From an uncultured bacterium (GTDB lineage: Bacteria > Bacillota_I > Bacilli_A > RFN20 > CAG-826): 64,000 nucleotides of DNA. Of this stretch, positions 10,353 to 20,498 are shown piece after piece (within the stretch, counting starts at the first letter, position 1; every line of letters begins with the position of its first letter). The DNA is taken from positions 77,194 through 141,193 of the forward strand of contig CASGAB010000001.1 of assembly GCA_949299395.1 (NCBI GenBank). Reading direction: 5' to 3'. The notes beneath the pieces were generated by a model. That model did not search any database. It had not been told where the DNA came from and was given only the letters and a program-made list of their open reading frames with translations. The position numbers were made by a program, and so were the translations under genes.

Positions 10353-12867
10353 TATGTTTAAAGAATGGATAAAAAAGTTTAAAAAAGAAAAAGTTAAAGA
10401 AGAAATAAAAAGATATAATCCTAAATACACTCAAGGATTATCTTCTTATCAAGTTGAAAAAAGAGAAGTTGATGGTTTAATCAATAAAACCAAAATCAGA
10501 ATCTCGGGAACATATTTAAAAATTGTTTGCAAGAACGTTTTTACATTTTTTAACCTTCTTTTAATTGCTTTAGGTGCTATTTTAATTTCTTTTGGACACT
10601 GGACTTCAACAGTTTTCTTATTAATTTTAATTTTCAATTTAGCAATTGGGTTAATCCAAGATATTAGAGCTAAAATCGCTGTTGATAAACTATCATTAGT
10701 TGAAAAAGATAAAATTATTGTAATTCGTGACGGAAGAGAAAAAGAAATTCATAGTGACGATATTGTTTTAGACGACATTATTTTATGTAAAAAAGATACA
10801 AAAATACCTTGTGACTCGATAGTTATTAAGGGCGAAGGTAGTGTAAATGAATCACTTTTAACCGGTGAATCTTTACCAACAAAAAAGATCCTAAATTCAG
10901 ATTTATATAGTGGGACATACGTTGTTAATGGTTCTTTTTATGCTCGAGTCGATAAGGTTGGTGAAGAAAATTATATTTCTAAACTTCAATTAAAAACAAA
11001 AGAGTTTAAAAAGCCATTATCTAAGATGTTTGTTCAACTTAATAGACTTTTTAGGGTTTTAGGTATTTTAGTTATTGTTATTGGTTTATTAGACCTTACT
11101 GAGTTTGGTATTTTAGGAATTTTAAATAACGATCCAGGTATTGAAAATGTCTTTGATTGGTTAATAAAAAACGATATTGTTCTTAAATTATCAGGTTCTT
11201 TAATTTCAATGATTCCTTCAGGAATGTATCTTTTAACATCGGTCACTTTGACGGTTGGAGTTATTGCTTTAACTAGAGAAAGAGTCTTAGTTAAAGATAT
11301 GTATTCTCAAGAAACATTAGCAAGAGTTGATACTCTTTGTATTGATAAAACCGGAACTATTACTGATGGATCGATGTCAGTTTTTAACTATAAATTATTC
11401 ACTAAAAATATGTCTCACGATAGATTTGAAGCTTTAATTGCTTCTTATTGTAATAAATTAGGAAAGGATAACGAGACTTCTGAAGCTTTATTACAATATT
11501 TTAAGAGTAAAAAGATTTTTAAAGCTGAAAATTACATTCCATTTTCCAGTGTTTATAAATATAGTGCAGCTGAACTTGAAGATAATGGCACTTTAATTAT
11601 TGGAGCTTATAATTTCTTCCCTTTAAAAAATAATAAAGATATTAAATATTATATTGAAGAAAACTCTAAAGCTGGATTTAGAACTATTGTTGTTGGTTTA
11701 TCAAAAGGAAAAATTGTTAATAATAAATTACCTAACGATATTGAAGCAATTGCTGTAATTTTACTTCAAGATCATATTAGAGAAGAGGCTAAAAAATCTA
11801 TTAAATGGTTTAACGAAAACGATGTTGATATCAAAGTTATCAGTGGTGATAATCCTCTAACCGTTTTAAAAATTGCTGAAGCAACTGGAATAAAAAATAC
11901 CGATAAATACATATCTTTAGAAGGTATGAATGAAGAAGAAGTCAAAGAAGTCGCTTTAAAATATACAATCTTTGGTCGTGTTTCACCTGAACAAAAAGAA
12001 ATTATTATTAAATCTTTAAGGGACCATAATCATACGGTTGCAATGGTTGGAGATGGAATTAACGATGTTTTATCTTTAAAATCAGCTGACGTTTCAATTG
12101 CTTTAGAAAGCGGAAGTAAAGCAACAAGAGATATTGCTAACTTAGTTTTATTAAATAATGATTTTACTAAACTTCCTGATGTTGTTTTCCAAGGAAGAAG
12201 AGTTATTAATAATCTTCAAAGAACTTGTTCATTGTTCTTATCAAAGACCGTTTTCGCGATATTAGTCAATATTTTCTTCCTTATTAATGCTATTTATACA
12301 TCATTTGGATCATCAAACGCTATGCTTTGGCCATTTGCTCCAAATAATTTTTATTGTTGGGAATTTTGTACAATCGGAATAAGTGCATTCTTTCTTGCTC
12401 TTGAACCTAATAAAAATATTATTAAAGGTAATTTTTTAACTAACATTATTAAAAAAGCTTTACCTCATGGTATTTTAATGGGTTTATCAATTGCGACTTT
12501 CTACTTAGTATCATTTTTAGGGCAAAGTCATTTTAGTTCGATAGAAATGGCAAATATTGCAACTTTATTTATTAGTGTTGCTTCATTCTTACCATTAATT
12601 TCATCATCAGTTCCAGTTAATAAATATAGATTATGTGTTTTAATTGGAGCGTTAATTTTAGTTGCTTCAATTTATACATGGTCGATTTTTGGAATTAACT
12701 GGTTATTAATTAATGGCTCTAATTCAGCAGCACCAAGATATTTTACAACCGAAGAAATAGTTACAACTTTAATACTTTTAGGCGGATATTTTGGTGGATA
12801 TTTATTATATTTTGGTTCTTTAATTTTATGGAGAAAATACCATGGAAAACTCAAATTTAGAAAGTAG
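10345..12867 (+). CDS. P-type cation-transporting ATPase
   Basis: TGES, DKTGTIT phosphorylation site, SGD, GDGIND; multiple TM helices. Confidence 0.92.
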   Translation: MNNMFKEWIKKFKKEKVKEEIKRYNPKYTQGLSSYQVEKREVDGLINKTKIRISGTYLKIVCKNVFTFFNLLLIALGAILISFGHWTSTVFLLILIFNLAIGLIQDIRAKIAVDKLSLVEKDKIIVIRDGREKEIHSDDIVLDDIILCKKDTKIPCDSIVIKGEGSVNESLLTGESLPTKKILNSDLYSGTYVVNGSFYARVDKVGEENYISKLQLKTKEFKKPLSKMFVQLNRLFRVLGILVIVIGLLDLTEFGILGILNNDPGIENVFDWLIKNDIVLKLSGSLISMIPSGMYLLTSVTLTVGVIALTRERVLVKDMYSQETLARVDTLCIDKTGTITDGSMSVFNYKLFTKNMSHDRFEALIASYCNKLGKDNETSEALLQYFKSKKIFKAENYIPFSSVYKYSAAELEDNGTLIIGAYNFFPLKNNKDIKYYIEENSKAGFRTIVVGLSKGKIVNNKLPNDIEAIAVILLQDHIREEAKKSIKWFNENDVDIKVISGDNPLTVLKIAEATGIKNTDKYISLEGMNEEEVKEVALKYTIFGRVSPEQKEIIIKSLRDHNHTVAMVGDGINDVLSLKSADVSIALESGSKATRDIANLVLLNNDFTKLPDVVFQGRRVINNLQRTCSLFLSKTVFAILVNIFFLINAIYTSFGSSNAMLWPFAPNNFYCWEFCTIGISAFFLALEPNKNIIKGNFLTNIIKKALPHGILMGLSIATFYLVSFLGQSHFSSIEMANIATLFISVASFLPLISSSVPVNKYRLCVLIGALILVASIYTWSIFGINWLLINGSNSAAPRYFTTEEIVTTLILLGGYFGGYLLYFGSLILWRKYHGKLKFRK

Positions 12868-13381
12868 AATTCAAGATACATTTTTGAAGCTAGCAAAAAA
12901 AATACCGTTAGAAGAAATCGACGTTTCTAAGATTTGTGCTAATTTAAAAATAACTCGTCAGGCATTTTATTATCATTATAAAAATATTTTTGATTTAATT
13001 TTTTCGATTTATATCGATAAAAGATTAACCGCTACAAATTTAGCTTCTTTAAAAGAAATTGTTCATGATTTAATAATCTTTTTATATAAAGATGAGATGT
13101 TTAATAAAGAAGTAGCCGATTCTAACGTAAAAGATGCTTTAAAAGAATATTGTTTTTCTTATCTTTTCCAATCTTTTTCATTATATTTAAATAAATTTAA
13201 TGATATAGAAGTTGCTAAAAAGAGAAAGATTGCAAAATATTTATCTAATGCTGTTAGTGAAGAGGTTTTAGAACTTTTTGTTGATAATAATTATGATCAA
13301 AAAAGAATTGAAGATGAGATATTACTTTATTTAGATGATAAAATTATCGAACAAATTGTTTTTAATTTTAAAAAGGTCTAA
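12842..13381 (+). CDS. TetR/AcrR-family transcriptional regulator
   Basis: N-terminal HTH with ITRQAFYYHYKNIFDL. Confidence 0.85.
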   Translation: MENSNLESRIQDTFLKLAKKIPLEEIDVSKICANLKITRQAFYYHYKNIFDLIFSIYIDKRLTATNLASLKEIVHDLIIFLYKDEMFNKEVADSNVKDALKEYCFSYLFQSFSLYLNKFNDIEVAKKRKIAKYLSNAVSEEVLELFVDNNYDQKRIEDEILLYLDDKIIEQIVFNFKKV

Positions 13382-13500
13382 ATTTTTGATATTATTAGTA
13401 GGATCTTTTCTCTTCCACAAATAGAAAAAAAGAAAATAGATACACGTTTGATGATCTATTTAAATAAATAAAAAAGATTATCTAAAAAAGGAGAGAAAAT

Positions 13501-14616
13501 ATGAAAAAAGAAGACGTAATTTCAACCATAGTATATTTAGCGATGCTTGTAATAGTAGTCATTGTTGGCTATTTTATAATCTCTGCAAATAGTGTAGCAA
13601 TTTTAGATAGCTTAGGTAATAATCAATCAGCCATCTATGTTTTTGTTATTGTTGCATTACTTTTAGGTATTATTTTAAACGTTTTATTTGTAGAAATAGG
13701 TCATGCTCTTGGTGCAAAAATAGGTGGATATGATATTTTATCTATTAATATTTTTGGACTATGTTTTTATAAAGTTTTAGAAAATGAAAAATTAAAGACC
13801 AAATTTGGTTTTAAAAATTTTGATGGTTTAGCAGGGGAAACTAAGATTTTACCTTCCTTAAAAAAAGAAAAACACTCACCAATCCCATATATTATTTTCC
13901 CATTTATTTTGATTCTTTTAGAATTTTTAGTCCTTTATTTATTATTTATTTTTATTAATGATGATTCATCTTTAGCCTTTATTAAATATGGATGGGTTTT
14001 AATTTCAACAGTTGGCGGATTATTTATTCTTTATAATTACATCCCTTTTAAACTTGATACTACAACCGATGGATATCGCTATACTTTATTAATTAAAAAG
14101 ATTAATGTTGAAGCATATAATACAAGACTTAAAATCGAAGGAGATATTTTACTTAATAAAGATTCAAAAGATTATCATGTTTTTGAAGAAATTACTGATT
14201 ATACGGCTGATGTTAATTTCCTTTCTTTATATAATTATTTAGAAAAAAGTGACTTTAATAAAGCTCATGAATTAGTTGATAAAATTATTAATACTGAATC
14301 AAAGGTAAGTACTGAAACAATTGAAAAAGCTAAAACCTGGAAATTATATCTCTATTTAAAGGAAAATAAGTTAGATGAAGCTAAAAACTATTTTGATTCT
14401 TTAGATGATCATTCAAAAGAATATGTTAAAAAAGATAAATCAATGTTAGCGTTAAGAACTTATTCATATTATTTAGGAAAGATAGAAAAATCAGCATCAC
14501 TATTTGATGAAGCTGGAGTTAAATATTTAAAAACCAATAAAAGTGAATTAAGTTTATTTAAAGATAAAGACAAAACTTTATTTGAAAATGATGTTAAAGA
14601 AATAGGAACTTTATAA
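13501..14616 (+). CDS. Membrane protein, M50 peptidase-like with a degenerate HExxH
   Basis: TM helices, VEIGH (HExxH-like), downstream TTDGY, helical C-terminal domain. Confidence 0.55.
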   Translation: MKKEDVISTIVYLAMLVIVVIVGYFIISANSVAILDSLGNNQSAIYVFVIVALLLGIILNVLFVEIGHALGAKIGGYDILSINIFGLCFYKVLENEKLKTKFGFKNFDGLAGETKILPSLKKEKHSPIPYIIFPFILILLEFLVLYLLFIFINDDSSLAFIKYGWVLISTVGGLFILYNYIPFKLDTTTDGYRYTLLIKKINVEAYNTRLKIEGDILLNKDSKDYHVFEEITDYTADVNFLSLYNYLEKSDFNKAHELVDKIINTESKVSTETIEKAKTWKLYLYLKENKLDEAKNYFDSLDDHSKEYVKKDKSMLALRTYSYYLGKIEKSASLFDEAGVKYLKTNKSELSLFKDKDKTLFENDVKEIGTL

Positions 14617-14619
14617 AAT

Positions 14620-14650
14620 AAAAACTGTCGATTCATTCGACAGTTTTTTA
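14620..14650. terminator. Bidirectional intrinsic terminator
   Basis: AAAAACTGTCG/CGACAGTTTTT hairpin between convergent genes. Confidence 0.8.
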
Positions 14651-14668
14651 TTAATTAATTGACTTAAA

Positions 14669-15400
14669 TTATTTTGCTTCTTCAGTAGTTTCACTACTTG
14701 TCTCTGCAGCAGTTTCACTAGTAGTAGCAGTAGGTGCGACACTATTCTTTTTAAGTTCATCTCTAATTTGAACTAATAAGTCGACTTCTGTTAAAACAGG
14801 TGCGCCTGGAGCAGGAGGTACTGGTCTTTCTTCTGGATGAGCAAGGTAATATTGTTCTTGAAGTTTAGCTTCAAGTTGTTTGCTCTTATTAGTAAGATAA
14901 GCGACTACTTTGACGATAACAAATAATGTTAATGCAATGATAATAAATGAAATAATAGCGTTAATAAATGCTCCCCAGTTGATAACAGCAGCTTGGTTAT
15001 AAGCATATTCTGAACCATAAAGAGTATAGTTTCCAGTAATTGAAGCTTTAACAGTTTCAATAACTGATGGGGTAATTTCTTGTCCAGCATAAGTGTCATT
15101 AGCTAATGCTTCAGCTAAAGCTTGTAAATCATCTTTATGGAATGATTGATCTAAGCCTAAGCCTGGATTCATACCAGCTTGAGAAGCAGTGAGTGCAGGT
15201 AAAACTGTAATTAATCCAGTTAAACCACCTGGAACACCCCAAGTACAAACAGAGAGTAAAATATTAACTAATGCAGTAACGATTGCGTTGAAAGCGCCAC
15301 CTATAACAACACCAGTTGCCATATCGAGGACATTGCCTCTAGAAACAAAAGCTTTAAAGTCTTTCCATAAACTTGTAGCTTTGTTCTTTGCCTTTGCCAT
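14669..15400 (-). CDS. mscL: Large-conductance mechanosensitive channel MscL, long variant
   Basis: FKAFVSRGNVLDMATGVVIGGAF, NWGAFINAIISFII, LLVQIRDEL. Confidence 0.9.
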   Translation of the reverse strand: MAKAKNKATSLWKDFKAFVSRGNVLDMATGVVIGGAFNAIVTALVNILLSVCTWGVPGGLTGLITVLPALTASQAGMNPGLGLDQSFHKDDLQALAEALANDTYAGQEITPSVIETVKASITGNYTLYGSEYAYNQAAVINWGAFINAIISFIIIALTLFVIVKVVAYLTNKSKQLEAKLQEQYYLAHPEERPVPPAPGAPVLTEVDLLVQIRDELKKNSVAPTATTSETAAETSSETTEEAK

Positions 15401-15619
15401 AATTTCTTCTCCTTACAATGAATAATGATAAATCATTATTTGTTTAAAAGCCACCTTAAACCTATTTTTTGTTAAAAAAAATAGGGGATAATTTCATTAT
15501 TTTTGAAATAGTAAGAAAAATTATCAACTTTTTGTTTAATTTCGACTCACTGTCTTTTATTTTATTTAAAAATTGAAGGGCATAATTTATAATATTTAAT
15601 AGCAAAACCAAGTAAAAGG

Positions 15620-16489
15620 ATGGTATTTATGAATAAAATAATTATTATGACTGATTCCACCTGTGATTTAGGAGAGGAATTAATAAAAAAACATGATATT
15701 AAGGTTGTTCCTTTACATGTTTCTATTCCTGGAGACGAAAGAGATTATTTAGATGGAGTCAATCTTTTCCCAGATGAAATTTATAAAAGAGTCGAAGAAA
15801 GTGGAAATACTCCAAAGACCGGAGCAAGAAATATCGGTGAATTTATCGAAGATTTTAAAAAATATATCGAAGATGGATTTGATGTTATTTATACCGGTAT
15901 CGGTTCAGGACTTTCTTCATCATATAGTAATGCAATTTTAGCAGCTCAAGAATTTGAAGAAGGAAGAATTGAAATTGTTGATTCAAATTCATTATCAACT
16001 GGTATTGGTTTATTAGTTTTAAAAATGGCTAAATTCCGTGAAGAAGGTGATGATGTTCATGAAATTGCTAGAAAGGTAAGAGAAATCGTTCCTAATGTTT
16101 CATGTAAATTCTGTATTGATCAACTTGAATATTTATATAAAGGCGGTAGATGTAGTGGAATGACAAAACTTTTCGCTAACCTTTTATCACTTCATCCAAT
16201 TGCTAAAATGATTGATGGTAAATTAACCGTTTATAAAGTTCCACGTGGAAAATATATTAAAGCTGTTGATATGCAAATCGATGAATTTATGAAAGATTTA
16301 CCAAATATCGATACTTCAAACATTTTCATTACTCATAGTGGTAGAATGGATGGTGTTGAAGAATATATTTATGAAAAAATTAAAGGAGTAGTTGATCCAA
16401 CCAATATTCATATTACAAGAGCTGGATCAGTTATTTCTTCTCACTGTGGACCAAAAACTATAGGCTTACTTTATATTTTAAGAAAATAA
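15620..16489 (+). CDS. DegV-family fatty-acid-binding protein (FakB-like)
   Basis: MTDSTCDL, SGLSSSY, VDS, LYKGGR, SHCGP. Confidence 0.93.
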   Translation: MVFMNKIIIMTDSTCDLGEELIKKHDIKVVPLHVSIPGDERDYLDGVNLFPDEIYKRVEESGNTPKTGARNIGEFIEDFKKYIEDGFDVIYTGIGSGLSSSYSNAILAAQEFEEGRIEIVDSNSLSTGIGLLVLKMAKFREEGDDVHEIARKVREIVPNVSCKFCIDQLEYLYKGGRCSGMTKLFANLLSLHPIAKMIDGKLTVYKVPRGKYIKAVDMQIDEFMKDLPNIDTSNIFITHSGRMDGVEEYIYEKIKGVVDPTNIHITRAGSVISSHCGPKTIGLLYILRK

Positions 16490-16514
16490 AAGGATTTTAC
16501 TCTTAGTTAACATA

Positions 16515-16540
16515 TAAGCGGATTAATTTCCGCTTTTTTA
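16515..16540 (+). terminator. Intrinsic terminator after degV
   Basis: AAGCGGA/TCCGCTT hairpin plus T-run. Confidence 0.7.
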
Positions 16541-16968
16541 TTGATTCAAAGTCTATTTTTAATGTATAAAAAATTCAGTTAAAGTTTATATATAAGAATG
16601 TTATAAAAAATAAAAATAATCTGTTCCGTTATTTTGGAGAATATAGACAGGAATGAAAAACAATAGAATTATCGTAGAAGACAATAAATGTTTTGTGTGC
16701 ACTTATTTTTAGGACGTTAAGCCTTGTACTATTTGGTATTGGTACAATCCTTTTAATTTTTAATTCTTATTGGTTTTATAAACAGTTGGGTTTTTGAATT
16801 GGGGGATTTCTTTTTAAACACAAATTTTTTGCAATAACTTTTTAAAAAATTACTGAATTTAAACTAAATAAGATATGTAAAATTCAGATATTAATTATTG
16901 ATTTTTTTTGCTGATTTTTGGACTAATAATGGTAATATTTTTTATTATCTATCTATTTTGAGGCTTTT

Positions 16969-17475
16969 ATGAATAAAAGAATACTATTTTCATTTGACTT
17001 ACTATTATTATTAACTATAACCTCTTGTACTAAAGTAGATATTAAATACATGTGTATGAATGATTTTTTAAAAAGAGAGGTTAGTGACGGTCTTTTAAAA
17101 GGAGCAATAAAGTTTTGGGATAGTCCTACAGGTTTTAATGATGGATACATGCTTTTTGTAAAAAATAATTTAAAAGAAGAGCTCTTCCTTTATTATGATC
17201 GTACTTTTTTAGTCAATAAATTTGGTGGACCATATAAATTGGAACTCTATCCATATGATTTTTCAATTGATGAAATTTGCAATTTTATTTATTAAAACAT
17301 AAACGATATTTCATCTGGATTTGATTTAACAAATAATATGGTTTTTGAATTTAATTACTCATTAGAAGAAATAAATAATAGAAATGTAAGAAAAGAAGAT
17401 ACTGGCTTTATTTCAATTAATAATTATGAGCTTCATCAATAAGATGGAACTTTAATACTCAAAGAAAATAATTAA
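16969..17475 (+). pseudogene. Lipoprotein pseudogene with in-frame nonsense codons
   Basis: Signal peptide/lipobox (LLLLTITSC); the same frame continues with coding-like sequence past TAA at 17293 and 17440 to TAA at 17473. Confidence 0.5.
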
Positions 17476-17498
17476 AAAATATAACTAAACAAATAGAG

Positions 17499-17531
17499 AA
17501 AAAATGCACCACTTATATGAGGTGCATTTTT
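17499..17531. terminator. Bidirectional terminator
   Basis: AAAAATGCACC/GGTGCATTTTT hairpin just downstream of tldE. Confidence 0.75.
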
Positions 17532-17551
17532 AATATATTGTTATTAAATTA

Positions 17552-18868
17552 TTAGGAGTTAACAGCAATATTTTTAACTGCAATTGAAGGAACATTTGTA
17601 CTTGATAAAGTAAGTTTTGAATCATTTCCTAATGCAAGAACATCGTTAAATAATTTAAATAAGTTTCCAGCAATTGTAATTAAAGTTAATGGACCGGCTT
17701 TTTTACCATCAACAACATGATATCCTTCACTTTGGAGTGAGAAATCACCGCTTTCAGGATTTAAACCAGCATGTAAACCACTAATATCAGTGATATAAAC
17801 ACCATTTTTAATCTTAGCAAATAAATCGTCTTGTGATAATTTACCTGGCTTTAAAACTATATTATTAAATGTAATTCCCATTTTTGAACCGTGTCTTGAT
17901 GCATTTCCGGTTGAAGAAACACCATCTTTAGCAGCAGTTTCAAGATTATAGAAATATGTTTTTAAAACACCTTTATCAAAAACACGTTTATTTTCGCAAG
18001 CAACACCCTCATCATCAAAATAAGTGAAGAAGCAGTTTTTTGTTAAAGGCTTTTCATCGATTGTAATCTTTTTAGAAAGAACTTGAGTGTTAAGTTTTCC
18101 TTCAAAAAGTGAAGAATGTTTTTGAACTTCTTCAGCACTACAAGAACCTAAAAGTGCATTTAATAATGAAGAAACTACATCTGGAGATAAAACAGCCTTA
18201 TATTTTTTATTTTTAATAGGTGTTCCGTTTAAAAGAGAAATTGCATCACCAACAATTTTTTTAGCAAATGTTTCTACATCAAATTTTGATGGATCGGAAT
18301 CTAAGAAAATATCTCCGCCTGATTTAATTTCGTTTCCTTCTTTTACAACAACACTTCCATAAATATAGAAGTAGTTGTTCTTATTTTTAAGGTTAACACC
18401 ATAAGAATTAACAAAGCTTTCTTCGCTAGAATTTTCGCTATATTGAACCTGAACTTCAGTAACTCTTTTGTCTAAACTTTTTAAAGTATCTTCAACTTTA
18501 TGTAAAAGAGCGATTTTATCTTCTACTTTCCATTCTTCTAATGCTTTAGAATAAATATTCTTCTTATGATACTTTTTACTACCTTCAAAAATAATAGGTT
18601 TTTCTGCTTTTTCATTTAGAAGAGCAGCATCTTTAATAGTATTAATTAAGAAATCTGCAGTAGTTGCATCATCTTTTTCAGTGTTTGCAGTACCAATTTT
18701 TCCTTTATAAATACCACGAGCTAAGATTTTTGATGAAGTTGAAACACTATAAGAATCTAATTCAGAGCGGAATAAAGAGAAAGAGAAGTTAGTATTTTTT
18801 GAAACAACAATTTCGCTTGCTTCAAATCCTGCTTCTTTAGCAAGATTAATAAATTTTTTAGAATTCAT
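17552..18868 (-). CDS. pmbA: TldE/PmbA metalloprotease subunit
   Basis: FDDEG, GLHAGLNPESGDFS, TIAGN; start placed at MNSKK (ATG 18868) behind SD GGAGG, overlapping the tldD stop. Confidence 0.9.
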   Translation of the reverse strand: MNSKKFINLAKEAGFEASEIVVSKNTNFSFSLFRSELDSYSVSTSSKILARGIYKGKIGTANTEKDDATTADFLINTIKDAALLNEKAEKPIIFEGSKKYHKKNIYSKALEEWKVEDKIALLHKVEDTLKSLDKRVTEVQVQYSENSSEESFVNSYGVNLKNKNNYFYIYGSVVVKEGNEIKSGGDIFLDSDPSKFDVETFAKKIVGDAISLLNGTPIKNKKYKAVLSPDVVSSLLNALLGSCSAEEVQKHSSLFEGKLNTQVLSKKITIDEKPLTKNCFFTYFDDEGVACENKRVFDKGVLKTYFYNLETAAKDGVSSTGNASRHGSKMGITFNNIVLKPGKLSQDDLFAKIKNGVYITDISGLHAGLNPESGDFSLQSEGYHVVDGKKAGPLTLITIAGNLFKLFNDVLALGNDSKLTLSSTNVPSIAVKNIAVNS

Positions 18869-20264
18869 TGATTGAACCTCCTCTTCCACCGACAACAATT
18901 TCATCAACTCTAATAGTTGGTTGACCAACGTTTACTGGAATAGAACCAGATGCAGATCCACACATACCTTGACCGAAACCAGCATCATTACCAACCATAT
19001 CAATATGTTTTAAAATATCACGAGCATTACCGACTAAAGTAGCACCTCTAACTGGTTCTAAGATCTTACCATCTTTAATAATATAAGCTTCGCTACATCC
19101 AAAGTTGAAATCACCAGTCGCTGGATTAACGCTACCACCGCCGAAACTAACTGCATAAAGTCCGAGTTTTGTGTTTTTAATGATGTCTTCTGGATTTGAA
19201 TCGCCTGGAGCAATATAGGTATTAGACATTCTTGATGTTGGTTCAAATTTATAAGATTGTCTACGGCAAGCGCCGTTTCCTTTTTCACCCATTCTACGAC
19301 CATTGAAATTATCAACTAAATATCCTGTTAAGATACCGTTTTTAATTAATTCGTTCTTTTGTGGAACGTTTCCTTCATCATCTAAAGAGTTTGAACCCCA
19401 TTCATTTGCTAATGAACCATCATCATAAGCACTAACAATTGGGTTAGCGATTTGTTGACCTTTCATACCTGAGAAGACTGAAAGTCCTTTAGCAACGGAG
19501 GTTGCTTCGAGTTGGTGACCACAAGCTTCGTGGAAAATAACACCACCCCATCCATTTCCAATAACAACAGGGAATTTTCCTGCTGGACATTCTTTTGCGC
19601 CTAACATTAAGATGAGTTTTTCGGCATGTTCTTTTGCTAATGAATCAATATTTAATGTTTTTGTAAAGAATTCCCAACCAGCTTGAGTACCTGGACCATC
19701 AAATCTAGTTTCAAGTTTACCATTTTCAGTTGCAACACTACTTAAAGCAAGTCTTCCATAGTCTCTAACTGTGTTCCACATTTTACCTTCACTATTAAAA
19801 ATAGTTACTTCGTTGTGGTTAATTAAGAAACTTGTAATAACTCTCATAATTCGTTTATCGTGAGAACTAATAATATCCGAAGCATGTCTTAAATAATCGA
19901 TAATTTCTTTATTTGTTAATTCAGAGAAAGGTTTTTCTACCTTATGAATATTTTTTACCCTAATCTTTTTTAAAGTTGCTAATGGTTGAACAAGTCTATC
20001 AAAATCAAAAGACGCTTTTAATGAATCGACAAGTTTAAATAAACCTTTTTTAGTTAAATCGTTTGTATAACCATAAACACTTCTGTTTTCTCTTAATAAT
20101 CTGATACCTACACCGTTAACGACGTTGCTTCCAACACCTTCAACTTTACTATTTTCAAGGGTAATTGATCTTGAAAGTGTGTCTTCATAATAAATTTCAG
20201 CAAAATCGGCACCAGTAGAAGTAGCTTTATTTAAGATTTCGACAGCTAATTTCTTACTAATCAT
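18858..20264 (-). CDS. tldD: TldD metalloprotease subunit
   Basis: HEACGH zinc motif, DDEG, PTSRMSNT, GMCGS..GSIPV..GQP. Confidence 0.93.
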   Translation of the reverse strand: MISKKLAVEILNKATSTGADFAEIYYEDTLSRSITLENSKVEGVGSNVVNGVGIRLLRENRSVYGYTNDLTKKGLFKLVDSLKASFDFDRLVQPLATLKKIRVKNIHKVEKPFSELTNKEIIDYLRHASDIISSHDKRIMRVITSFLINHNEVTIFNSEGKMWNTVRDYGRLALSSVATENGKLETRFDGPGTQAGWEFFTKTLNIDSLAKEHAEKLILMLGAKECPAGKFPVVIGNGWGGVIFHEACGHQLEATSVAKGLSVFSGMKGQQIANPIVSAYDDGSLANEWGSNSLDDEGNVPQKNELIKNGILTGYLVDNFNGRRMGEKGNGACRRQSYKFEPTSRMSNTYIAPGDSNPEDIIKNTKLGLYAVSFGGGSVNPATGDFNFGCSEAYIIKDGKILEPVRGATLVGNARDILKHIDMVGNDAGFGQGMCGSASGSIPVNVGQPTIRVDEIVVGGRGGSINEF

Positions 20265-20498
20265 GTCTATTTTCCTCCACTAATACTTAAAATGATAAAT
20301 GAAGGTTAATTTTTGTAAAGTAAAAAACACCAATTTATTGTAAAGTTTTCTTTATATTTTGCGATTTTCGATAATTTTTAAGCAACTTTTTAATAAAAAA
20401 AATAAATTTTGGACTTTCGATCCTCTTTTTTAATTCTTTAAGATTTTTATAATTTATTTACTTAACAAACACGTTAAAAATATTAAAATATTAACGGT

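Noticed and set aside
13385-13500. Hairpins in the leader of the M50-like gene
   Set aside because: AT-rich and weak, with no known motif; cannot be told apart from chance or a terminator.
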